Below, one piece after another: positions 1 through 11,600 of a stretch of DNA of 64,000 nt. The number at the start of each line of letters is the position of its first letter. Position 1 is the first letter of the stretch. This DNA is from Raillietiella orientalis (Eukaryota), in NCBI GenBank assembly GCA_036172245.1, contig JAYWIR010000050.1, forward strand, positions 930,001 through 994,000, given 5' to 3'. Position numbers and translations under genes: made by a program. The notes under the pieces were generated by a model. That model was given only the letters and a program-made list of their open reading frames with translations, was not told where the DNA came from and did not search any database.

Positions 1-1059
1 GCGCTGGAGGAAGGGATCGCTCCCTGCCCGCCCGCGATTCGGCCCTCCCAGCTTCCGGGACGAATAGGCGGCTCCAGGGAGAAGGGGAGGCGGCGCAGGC
101 CGGAGAGCGTCTCCGCTTCTCGTGCGCTTCGGTTCCCCCACCGGAGGGGGATGCAGAGACATCAATCGATCCTCCTGTCCGGAGAGGACCCCTTCTCTCC
201 GCTTCGCGTCCCTCCCACAAGTAGCGCAGCTATCCAGCTCTCCCCGTCTGGGGAAGGGAGACGCCGAAGGGAAGCGAGGAAGAAGGGAGGAAGAGGAGGC
301 GTTCTCACCGACTGCGTGGGCGGTTCGAGTGTCCGGCAGCTGCAAACCTCACGCAAGGCCTCTCAGCGTCGAGTCAAGCGAGACGCCAGGCGTCCAGGAG
401 GTCGGTTCCGGATGGGCTGACGGTGGTCCCCGACGGTCAGGAGCTTCCGCTCCAGCGGCGGACCTGTGGCGGCACCCTTCCAGCGCCGCGTCCTTCGTTC
501 CCAGACGACAGCCTGCTCCTCGAAACGCGCGTTCCTTCTTGCCGCCTCTTCGCCCCGCTTCTGCTCCTCTGCGGATGGTCCTTGGAGCTACGGACCCCCT
601 GCAGCCGGGCTGGGGGATCTCTGCTGCGGCGGCCTCCGGCTAGAGAGACTTCCCGGAACCCGGAAGCGCGCAATTGCTCTCTCCCCGACGCGAGGGCGTG
701 CGCCTCCGCGGGTCGTCGAGGCAACTCAAGGCGTGCTGGAGACCCCGCGCCCGGAGCCGCAGCGCGACTGCAACCCTACTCTTCCGCTGTGTTTTGGTGC
801 TCTTGGAAGCACTCCCCGGGCGGGCGCACGGTGGTGGTGGTTTGCTTCAGTCTCCCCGGCTTCCGTGAGTAGGGAAGAGTCCCTAGAATTGCGTACTGCG
901 GCCGCGTCGATCGCTTCCCGCTGCAGCCAACTCCTCCCGAGAACGCCTGGGGCCTCTGGCGGACACACAGGACGGACTCGAGGATCCCACCGGCTCCCGT
1001 CGGCCGCAGGGATGCACTTTCTCAATGGGTGCGGCAAAGTGGGGAGAGTTGTCAACCAA

Positions 1060-1860
1060 CCGGTCACGTCGGGGTGTTTATTTCTAAAAAAACAAACGCC
1101 TGTGGCAGGACGTTTGATCCTGCCACGTTGTTCATAACTACGAGGAGGAACCTGCCGCGAACCGGCACTCAGGCCAGCGGGGTTCGCCTCGGCAGCACGG
1201 GGGAAGGGGAGACAAACAAAAAGAAAAAAATAAAACAAAAAACAGTCAAAAAAGGTGAGAAAGGGTTCGGGAAGGGGTCATCAGGTGCTGGTGGGCGTTC
1301 TCCGCACCTTTGTAAGGATACCGGCAAGTTCCTGTTCTATGGTTCCCAGATGGGGCCATCTTGATGCGCCATCCTCATGAAGAAGACAAAATAGATGGTG
1401 TCCCTGTCGTTCTGTCCTCCTCTGGCGTTGCTGCTCCATGAAGCCAAGGTCGCGCTGCGTGGGCTGCAAAATACTGCTAGGGATGCGGCCGGCACGAGGG
1501 CGTCGCGCAGGAAGAGACGCTTCAGAACGTCTCTGGCGTGTCTGCCGAGGGTTCCGAGGTCGCGGGAAAGCGTCCCCGAAGGGGCTGGAGGGAATACAGT
1601 CCACTAAGAGGTGCGGGAAGGATTCCTGCGCCCCGTACCCTGCACAGTTTGGGTCCATCCCTTCCTCCCGTGTCCAGTGATGCCGGCGAGCGTTGCACGG
1701 GAGGCCCCAGTGCAGCAGCATCAACGCAGACTCCTGCCACTTTATTGGGGGAGGGAGATTCCTGGACGCCGGGGGCCACTGCAGGTCTTCCTCCGGAATA
1801 CCCAGTAGTACGCCCCAGCGTAAAAGTCCACGAGGTCGAGCAAATCGGGTTCTCAGCGTC
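1060..1860 (-). mobile_element. Decayed L1/Tx1-type LINE, 3' end (ORF2 zinc knuckle + 3' UTR), copy 1
   Basis: Minus frame KWQESALMLLHWGLPCNARRHHW...DPNCAGYGAQESFPHLLVDC resembles the zf-RVT knuckle; homologous to the copies at 36.3, 38.9 and 42.8 kb, including the T-rich UTR and minus-strand AATAAA. Confidence 0.7.
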
Positions 1861-2472
1861 AGTGAGCTGGTCCGTCGGGAGTAGGGAGGGTTGGAAGATT
1901 TCAAGGAACCCGGACGGACCCTGGATGATTCGCCGCTGCTCCCGGCTGCCGAAGACTCGGAGACCACACCTCCGCGTGTCGTCGAGGCAACGCAACGCGT
2001 GCTGGAGACCCGACCGCCGGCATCTTGAAGATGCCGATGGCAGGGGCTCCACCCAACCCTATCCTTCATGGGTCGGACCTTCTGGGTCCAGTTCGTGCCT
2101 CGTGGATCTTGCCGGAGCCGCGAAAGCTGCGCTCTTCGTCAGGCGTCCCCTGCTGTTGACGCCGGTCCTGAACCGCGTGGTTGTCGAGGCCTGCGGAGAG
2201 ACTTGAGCTCAAGACGACGGTGGCTCGAGCGAGCTTCAGGACCCTAAGGGTCTTCGCAGCTCGGTGGGTCATCAAGGGGCGTGGTAAAGGTCCCTTGCAG
2301 ACGCAGTTGGCCACGTGGGGGAGCGATTGCTGCTTCGCTCGCGGCTGTTCCTTGCAGCTGGGCTCCGAATCCGATTCTCGCCCTTTCCTCCCCTAAGTGA
2401 CGGAGATGCTCAGCACCTATGTGTTTGTGCGCGCGTTCGCGTACTTTTTTAATCCTTTCTTTTCCTTTCAAG

Positions 2473-2665
2473 TACAATCGCAGCGGAGGAGGAGCCCAGT
2501 GCAACCAGGCGATCATGCTGATCACCGACGGGGCGCCCTACAATTACAAGGAGATCTTCCAGTTTTACAACTGGCCGTACCTGCAAGTGCGCATCTTCAC
2601 CTTCCTCATCGGCAAGGAAACCACGGACATGAGGGAAGTCAACTGGATGGCGTGCGCCAACAAAG
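2473..2665 (+). CDS. CACNA2D3: alpha2-delta exon A (VWA C-terminal part, YNRSGGGAQCNQAIMLITDG...WMACANK)
   Basis: Polypyrimidine tract + aag acceptor; donor G|GTAAGT; phase 0/1. Confidence 0.95.
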
Positions 2666-5600
2666 GTAAGTAGGCGACGACGTGACCCTCTGAGGCGCAG
2701 ACGTCCGAGGCCCGCGAGCGTGGCTCCTCGTTCGGGTCGGCATCCCGAATCGCAGGAATTTCATCGAGGTTCTTTGCCCCCTCCCCCTTCCCGGGGTCCT
2801 CCCCCGTCGGGTTTCCGCCTATTCTCGAGAGGACGTGCGCCATCCGTTTCCCTCCTCCGGTTGCGGACGAGCGGAGGGGCTTTCGACCTCCCACAGTCGC
2901 TGCTCCTCGCTTCATTTTGCACGTCCGTCGGTTTCGCGGTTTGCATGCGTCCGCCCGGACAAACGTCAGGACCCATCTGTCTGGGGATCTGCATCCCGGG
3001 GGATGGAGGGCACCTCGAGCATTCCGAGAATGGGTGGGGCCCAAGCGTCGGGTCTGCACACGACCGTCGGCGCAGAGCCGCTACCGCCTTCTGGCGTGCT
3101 TGCGTCGAGGATGGCAGCTGAGGACGGGAGGTCGCGCGCGCCGACATGGCGCTTCATCCCGAGCTCGCCTCCTGCCGTTGGCGCAGATCTTGGTGGAAAG
3201 CCCAAGTCGCCGGACGGGGTTGGCGGCAAATCCGGTTGCAAGCCTTGCCGCCCCCACTCCTCCAGAGAGCGGGCCGTCACGCCCTCGGCCGCCGCAGGTC
3301 TTCTCGCACGGGAAAGGTCAGCGACCCTTTTCTGCCGCCCGTCTCTACACGAACGAGGGATCATTCGACAAGTGATTGGCTGCTGCGCCCTGGGTTTTGT
3401 CGGGTTGCTGGCCAGCGTCTCCCGTCGTCCGTGCGCCTCCTCGTCGATGTCGTCACGCCCTCTCGCGAGGCGCCGCCGCTAGCGGCTATCCAGCTCGCGT
3501 GGCAGCGTCCCGTCCCATTCTCGACGGCCAAGCAAGGCAGTCGGCAGCAAGGCGGGCTGCCCATCTGTTCCTTGGTCGGCCGTTCGGATTCAAGGAGTTC
3601 AAGGGAAGCGAAGAAGTGCGGCCCGGGTAGGGTTCGGAAGGAGTAGGCGGTCCATGTCAGTAGGGGCAGTAGCCCAGTACACCCCAACTCAGCACGGGGC
3701 TTCGCGCGCTGCAGTCGGCTCTCCCATAATGATCCTGAGCTCCCATATCCCGGCTCTCCCATAATCCCCATCTTGAGGATGCCAGTCCAGAGCGGGGACG
3801 CTTTCCTTTTCCCCGAGACAAAGAGCTTCGGGATGCACCGTCGAGGTCGGCACCTCCGGGCAAACTTACCGCTGGTGCATATAGATTGGTGAGCTCAAGT
3901 AAAGGAATTTCGTTTCCGATGCTGGAGGCCACCCTCCAGCATCCGGAAGGATTCCTTACAAGTCTTTTCCACCCTGCTCTCACTGTCCAGCTTTGGCCGT
4001 CCGAAAGGAGGTTCCTTTGCGGTGGGGAGAATCTGTAGAGCAAGGTCATTGCTCAAACCGCTTTTCTAGATCAGCCCTCAGGGGTTTCTTTCCGCTACAT
4101 CACCACGGGCAACTTTCCGCTTCGCCTGCGGTGGATGGTCAGCTGTCCCCGGCAGCGGAAAGAGTGGGAGGAGTGCAGACCAATTTTACGTCTAAACCTA
4201 TCTCGACTTGCTCGCTTCCAAAATCGCTGTCGCGGTGTCCCGCGGTGGGTATGCAGGAGTGGAGGAAGGTGGGAGAGACAGATGCCCCCGCCGGAGTTCG
4301 AACCTACAGCCTTCACTTCTCCGCAGCGGTGTGTGCGTGTGTGTGTGTTTTTTTTTTTTTGGTACCACCGTGCCAAGCGTGCGCGCTCGCCCACTGCCGC
4401 TGCGATGGCGCCGTCGTGGCGGAAAGGTTACTTCGGGAAGCGCGCGTGTGTTCCAGAGTTGGTGGGGTTTTCTGTTGAGGTGAAGGGCCGGGATCGGAGC
4501 AGGGGGCCGTGCCAAGCGTGCGCCACCGCGCCAGACTTGCGCCCTGGATAAAAGGCAGTGTCGTCGTCGTTGCCGGAAGGATGGGGGAGGGAGGGAGGGG
4601 GAAACACGACTGAGCAGGCCCGCCCACTCGGGTCTTTGGCAGGGGTCCGTCAAAGGTCTTTCACCTTCGTCGTCCACCGGCTGGGATGGGGGCCGGGATT
4701 CGAACCCACTCGACTCCGGAAGGCTTCCGTCACCGTGTCAAACAAACGTATGCTCTCGAACACTGTCGCTGAGCGGGCATAAAAGGCGTCGTCGCCGACG
4801 TCGTTGGCGAAGGAGAGGGGAGGGGGGGAGAAGAACCGACTGAGCAGGCCTGCGCTCGCAGCGGGGGTGCCTCCCGACCCTTATCAGACGGGTGGTCGCC
4901 TCCTGTCTGCCTGCCTGCCGTGTCGGCTCGCGAGGGTTCCCGGAACTCCCAGCTCCTCAGGACGGATCGTCGTTCTCGAGTCCCCGGGAGCCACATGGAC
5001 CCGATAGCGTGAGCTGATGCTCGGGTTCGTCTTGGGAGCGATAGAGAGGTCGTGTGGCATCCATGCGTTTCTTTCGCTTTCTTTGGGGCAGCTTCTGGCA
5101 CGCTGCCGACGTGCTTCCAGGCGGGAAGAACGGGTCCGGTGTCATGACGACGACGCTGCCTTTCCCCAGTACGAGGTCGCGTCTCAAGGACGACTCCAAG
5201 CTGTCTGTCTGTTGGTTCTAGTCGTCACGGGGCGCGCGTCTCCTCGAGTGTGCGCAGGTTGGCCGCCCACGCCTCTGCCCATCACTTTGCTTCTTCTTCA
5301 CATGGATGGAGCCTCTTGCAAGTGTTCTGGGTGCTTCCTTGGTTTCCTTGCGGACAGAGGGGTGATCCCGAATCCTCTCCTTTCGCTCCGGATGCGTTCC
5401 CAAGTTCTCGAGGTCTCCCTCTCCTTCGAAGGCATTGGTCTGGTGGGAGAGTGGTCGCGTCTCCGTGGCTTCTGCTCTTCCTGTTGACAAAAGTCAGTTT
5501 GCCCGGATTGCTGTAGCCGTCATCGACGCATGCGAGTTTGTTCGTTGGTCATCGCTCGGAGCTCTTCGAGGCCGAGGAGGACCTTTGGATGGGTGGGTTC

Positions 5601-8600
5601 TGCGTTTCCTCGCAGCAGGGGGTGTTCTGACTCTCGGGAAGATGCGAGAACTGCTGGAACCGCTGGCGGTGGCAACAGACGCTTCGGTGAAACCACTCCC
5701 CTGTCCTCAGGAAGAATGCGTCTCCGCTAGAAGATTCCGCTGCGGTACGCCCGTTTACCCTCACGCTTATTAAGGAACCTGGCCATTCTTCACTGTCACC
5801 CGCGACCAAACAGATCCGATCCTGGTCCCTCGGCTCACGTCACTGGGGGTCGGTCTGTCATCTTTTGGAATGCGGAGCCGTCTTCAATGAACGTTCCTGC
5901 CGCTGACTGCTTATCCATCATCTATTCCGTCGATTCCCCCCGCGTCCTGAAAGGCAGGACCAAGAATTTGCATGGACCTCGGAAGGGAAGGAACTCTGCC
6001 ACTGTGCGGCCTACGCACTCCCCTGCGCATTTCGCTCTTTCCCCGGGAGAGCTCGCGCGCGCGCGCTCCGCAGGTTCAGCCCGCGGTGCTGGGAGCCGGG
6101 CGGAGGAAACCCGAGGCAGGAACGCGAACCGTTTGGGAAAGGCGAAGAAGGGGGCTGGAGTCCCGGGGGCCTCGGCGACGGAGACAGCAAGCAGCTCGCC
6201 GGCCGCACCTCGAAACCGGAAGCTGCTTCGCACCAGCTGGAGCCTTCGGGAACCGAGCACCATCCTGGGCCACGAACGGGGAAGCGAGAGAGCGGCAAGC
6301 GGGGAGGGGCGGTGGTGATCCTCGCGGGCGCAGGGGCCGAGCGAGGTCAGGTCTCCTCCGCTTGATCTCTCTCCCACGGGGGCTCGGTTTCTCGCGGGAT
6401 ATCCCGTTTCGATCCTCGCTCCCTTCCCGCTCATCCGCTGCCCCCAGCCTTGCACCAACGCTACTTCTCTCGCAAACAGGATACTACGTCCACATCGACA
6501 CGTTATCTGAGGTCAAGGAGAAGGTGCAGAAGTACATCCCGGTCATGGCGAGACCCATGGTCATGTACCTGAACACGCATCCCATAATCTGGACGTCGGT
6601 TTACGCCGACCTGTCGGTGAGTCGTCGTCGTCGTCGCTGTTGTTGTTGTTTCTTTCCTCCCTACCCCTTCGTTTTGTTCCAGCAGCCGGCCCGCGCGTGC
6701 GAGAGAGCGAGCGAACGTTCGCTCGCGACCGCGGAGCTCCGGAAGAGCTCGCGCACTCGAGCTCGGAAACGGATCGCCGGAAGTCGTCGCGTTCGAACGC
6801 CGTTGCCTGGTTGCGCAGCAAGAGAGCGCGCGCTTGGGGGGGAAGGGGGGGGGGGGGAAGGCATCCACCGTTTCGAACCGCACAGGATGCAGCGGCATTC
6901 CCGGATCCCCGGATGCGCAGTGATCCTCGGATGTGGAGGTGCGAGCTATTTTCTTCCCCAGCGAAAATCCATTTACAGCGATTGAAAAACGTTCTCGCGC
7001 GCCTCCTCGCTTGATGCCGCCGCCGCGGCGATCTATTTAAAGCGGGCACACACCGGCTACGTCCGCCTGGGAACCGGAAGCAGCCGTTCCCCTCCCGGTT
7101 GCGCGTCGGGACGTTGACCTGCTCCCGAAAGGGGAGAGCACGCGCTCGCTGCCGTGGCGACCGGCGGCACTGCCAGGTCGGGACTACCGACGCGCAACCG
7201 GGAGGCCACACGGGAGGCCGACGGGGAAGGGGGGGGGGGACGCCAGCGTCAAGGAAAAGTAAAAAGAAAAGAGGTGAAAACTTGAAGGAGTATATAAAAT
7301 GAACACCGCGGCGGGAGGCGGGCGAAGGGAGTTCCGGTAGACAGGCGTTCACGTGGCCCTCTGCTCCAGGGGTTCGCGTCGGCCGTACCTCCGCACCGTG
7401 CCGTGGTCCACCCCGGGCGTTCCAGGCCAACACGCGACCGGGAGCCGGATTTCCCGAAGGGGACTCGCATTCCCTTGAGCAGGCGTGGGACCCCGCAGCT
7501 CCTGCAGGCGGGAGAGGTTTCCCTTCGTCCTAGTGGGACAGCGCGGCGCTGGTCGCATGGGAAGCCCCGAGGCGACCAGAAGGCGTCCGTCCGTCTCGGG
7601 GCCTCGAGCCACGGGAATCGGATCGAGGAGCTTCCTGGGAGGGCAGTGGGCCCGCAGCCTCGCGGCGACGAAGGTGGGCGCTTGCCACAACGTCCCTCTG
7701 GACTCTGCTCTCGACCCGAGACCGGCTGCGTGCCACCCGGCGCCAGTGGGGGCAGCAAACGCCTGAAAGCTGCGGATGATTTCGCAACCCTCATCTTGGA
7801 CATCCCAACCCATGTGAGAGATGGTGCGCTTGAAAGGATTCAGGGGGAGCTGCGAAGAACGGAGGTGTCTTCTCGGCTACGAAGCGAAGGTTCCCCTCCA
7901 AGGATGGCGAAGTTAGCGGAATCCTGGGAGCCGAGGAGGAAAGGAAAGGTCGAAAGCAGGGAAATGGAAGGTTTTCCTCATCCCCCCCCACCCACCCACA
8001 CACATACCCTCCCCAAAAGCACCGCGGTGTCTTCAAATTTGTCAACTGCCTTCACGGAACATCTGGACTCGCCTAGATGCCTCCGCGGAAGATCTCGAGT
8101 GAACGTCCGCAGGCGTCTCGAAGGATCGTTTTTGGAAAATTTTCTTCTCGGAACGTCTGGAGTTGAGTGCCTTTAGAAGAAGCACCTACAGCCGGATCCC
8201 TTCAAGGAAGGAAGATCTCGGGAGAGCTTTCATCGAAGTCCTCGCCCCGCTGCCTATGAGGACGCCGCCGTGCGCTCCACCCCCACAACTCTCTCCGATA
8301 ACTAATGGGCAGCTGCCTAGAAACCTTTGACTTGCCGGCATTCCAGTTCCAGATAAAACCGGGCTGTGTTGTGCCACATGCAGAGCCTGTAACCCCATTT
8401 GACCTCATTAACACCCACACGAGTAACGACTTCCTGTTTAGTTCCGCTCTGCCACGATAGATGTCAGGACAGGGAGCTCGGCCTCGGTTTGTCTCCCGTT
8501 TTCCTTGTTTTCTTGCTACGATTCTGCCCTCGCGCCTGCCGATGACCCACCCTTTTGACCCCACACTCTCGAACCCAGGAGCCAGCCGCCACTGACAATG

Positions 8601-11600
8601 CCAAGACCAGCCGTCCACCCTCATCGAGACCGCCACAACCCCTTCTTCGCACCTCGGCGCACTCTCCGGCACAGGGACTCCGTGGGACCTGCTTTTTTTC
8701 ACGCTGCAGGAACGATGTCCTGACGGATGGGTGCGAGGGTGGGTTAGGGTGGCGGTTGAGGTAGCAACGAGAGATTTGTACTGACGTCGCATGCTGGGGA
8801 AGTGCGTGTAGCTGCTGGCTGGGTGGTAGTCAAGGCGCTGCGAAGGAACGCTGCTTGAAAGGGTGCGGCGAAGGGGTCATCAGCTGAGCGGCGCGACTGG
8901 CCGACGGGCGACGGGTGGATGGGAGCGGAGGAGGGGGTGGGCAGGGAGTCGGGGAGACGGACGATCCGCACGCGGCGGGAGCGTTCTCTTTCTTTTGCCC
9001 CGGGGCCTGGTAGTCGCCCCGCTCCTTCGTGGCGCAGGGGTGGTCCGGACACGCGCGAGGTTTTCGGCGCCTTCACGCTGCTAAAGAAAGGCGCCACTGC
9101 CCCTCACGAGCTTTGAGTGTCTTCTTTTCCCTGTTTTTTTTTTCTTTTTGGCGGGAACTCGGGACTGCGGCTGCTTGACGTTCGCCTGCTTCAGGACCCC
9201 GCGCTGACCGACTGGTACTGGGAGAAGAGGCAGCAGGAAAGGCAGAGGCGCAAGTCCATCAACTTCCAGCGGTGGAGGATGGCTTCCAACGACAAGACCT
9301 CTGCGCTCATCGAGGGGTTCATGCATCGCCCACAGACGGTCCAGTACGTCATCGACCACGGGGAGTGGCCCCCAGAGCTGCAGCCCATATTCCCGCCCCT
9401 GGACGACACCTTCGGGTTCGCCCAAGTTAGTGCCAGAGCGCCCGCCCGCGCAGCGACGCGAACCTGTGCAGGCTGCCCTTAAGCCCAGCCCGTGCCATAG
9501 CGCATCGTGTTCCCATTGCCGCCCTACGCACACCCCATCGTCTCTCAGAGTGCCTCTCGTTCTCCGCGGGGCGCCCTTTGCTCGAGAAGGAAGGGAGGAG
9601 AGGGGGAGGAAACGAAGGCGACGCGTGCGCCCGCCGGCTCTTCCTTGCCAAGCTTCGACGCCAAGCGGGATGGGGGAGTAGCGCCTGCCGCCAACTCGGG
9701 GGAGGAGGGAACTGACCTCTGGGTCACTCCCTGACTCCCACGCATGAGAGTGTGTGCTCGCCCGGAAGGCCCTCCCCCCTCACACTTTTCCGGGCCGGGG
9801 ACAAAGAGAGCGTGGAGGTCAGGTCGGTTCCTGACACTCCCCTGCCGCCCCTGCTCGGAGAAGCTCGCTCTCTCGCACATGCCCTCCGGCCCCCCGCGTG
9901 TGAGTGTTGGGATTTCCACGGCCTACAGGTGGCGCCGCCGCCGCTCCTTGCGAGAAAGGGCGTCCGTGCCCGCCAACCCCTGCGGGCGCGCGGAGGAACG
10001 CCCTTCTGCATGGAAAACCTGAACAGGTCTCCGGACAGAAGGCAGAGGCCCTGCCGGAGCAAGGACAGGTTGGTCGGGACAGTCCCTCTCTCCTCAGGTC
10101 AGAGCCTGGACCGGACTACGAAGGGAGAGCCACCGAGTGCTCTTTCCGGCTGCTCGCAAAAGTCCTGACCACACTGGAAGGCTGCTTCCCTTCCCTCTCT
10201 TTTTTGGTGCCGCGAAGGGGGTTCGTCCCCCTCCGCGCTCCCACGGCAAGGCGAATCCGAAACCCCTGTTAGGCAAGCCCACCATCCAGGGTTGCAGCCT
10301 GCCTACTTTAGCAATCCGATTTCAAAAAGGATATACTGGCCCCTTACATTTTGCCCGGGGCTGCACACACTGTTCAGCTATAGGGGGGAGGGACTTTCCT
10401 ACCAGAAAAGTAGACTACATGGACGTCCCATATGGTGACTGTCGATGTATCCAGAGCAAAGTTGTCCTTGCTGCTGAAGCACAGATCAGTCAACTGTCCA
10501 GTCAGGTTGCCGTCCATTACGGTGGCCTATCGTACCACTCTCCAATCCTGGACTAGAGTGCGACAGGTCCCTGAGACGACATGCAGGTCGTCCTCAGCCT
10601 ACCCACGTGCAGGACATTGGTCATCATGGTCCTCCAGTCCCATGTTGGAACCTTCTGCCGCCCAGAGGTCCTCCGTAGAAGAACAGCAGGAGACCATCCT
10701 GAATATCCGGCGGCTGTTACCCCCACGGGTGTTCGAAGGTTCCGAGTGTGTCGCTTTATAGCATACCTTGTGATAGCTCTCGTGTTTCGGAAGCTGCGAG
10801 TGAGAAAAAGGGAAGGCGAAGAGGGGGAGCGCAGGGAAACGGCGCATCGCAGGTCCAGACGCGCCAAGCTGAGAGGCTGTGCTTCTCGAGAGTGGCGTGA
10901 CGCGAGCAACCCCGTTTTACCGTTTTTTCCTTTTTTGGGTGTTCCTGCAGGATCCGGACGAAGAAGCCCTGGAGGACGAGTACCACTACGTCACAACGGT
11001 GGCGACTCCTGTGTTCGATCGGAAGAACTACACGGTAAGGCCGCACGCGTTCTCTCGCTCTTCGCCCCCCGCGTGCCCCTAGAGGGATGGGGATCGCCGC
11101 ACGATTCCTCCCGGAGGGACTCTGGGTTCATTTCCCTCCCGGATTCTGTGATCCCTTGCGCCGTCGCCCAACTGCCGCGTAGTCACTTCCTCCGGCAGTT
11201 CCTTTAAGGGAGTGCTGCTGGGAGCGGGACGAAGTCAAACCTGCGGAGGCTGAGCATCTCCACGTGCAGCCCTTCGGCCATGTGGTTCACCTACCTGTCG
11301 GTTAGGACCGCACGGAGGCCTCTCGGGAAAGGTCACGTATCGCCGTCGTCCGAGCCGCGGGGAAACGCCGAGGCGTCGTTCGGCCTGGCTGGAGCTCTGG
11401 GAAGAAGCAGGCGGCATCTATGGGACCTTTCGATGCAGCCACCCCACCTCTGCTGCCGCCTTCTCACGCACTGGAACGGTCCCTTCCTATCCTCCAACCC
11501 GGAGGGAAATCGCCGCAAGGCGAGGACGCGGACGAAGGCGGTCGAGCCTGCGCGGAGTTTCCCGAGGGCGGGTGGCCCTTAGCCGCTGGGAGCCCTCCCC

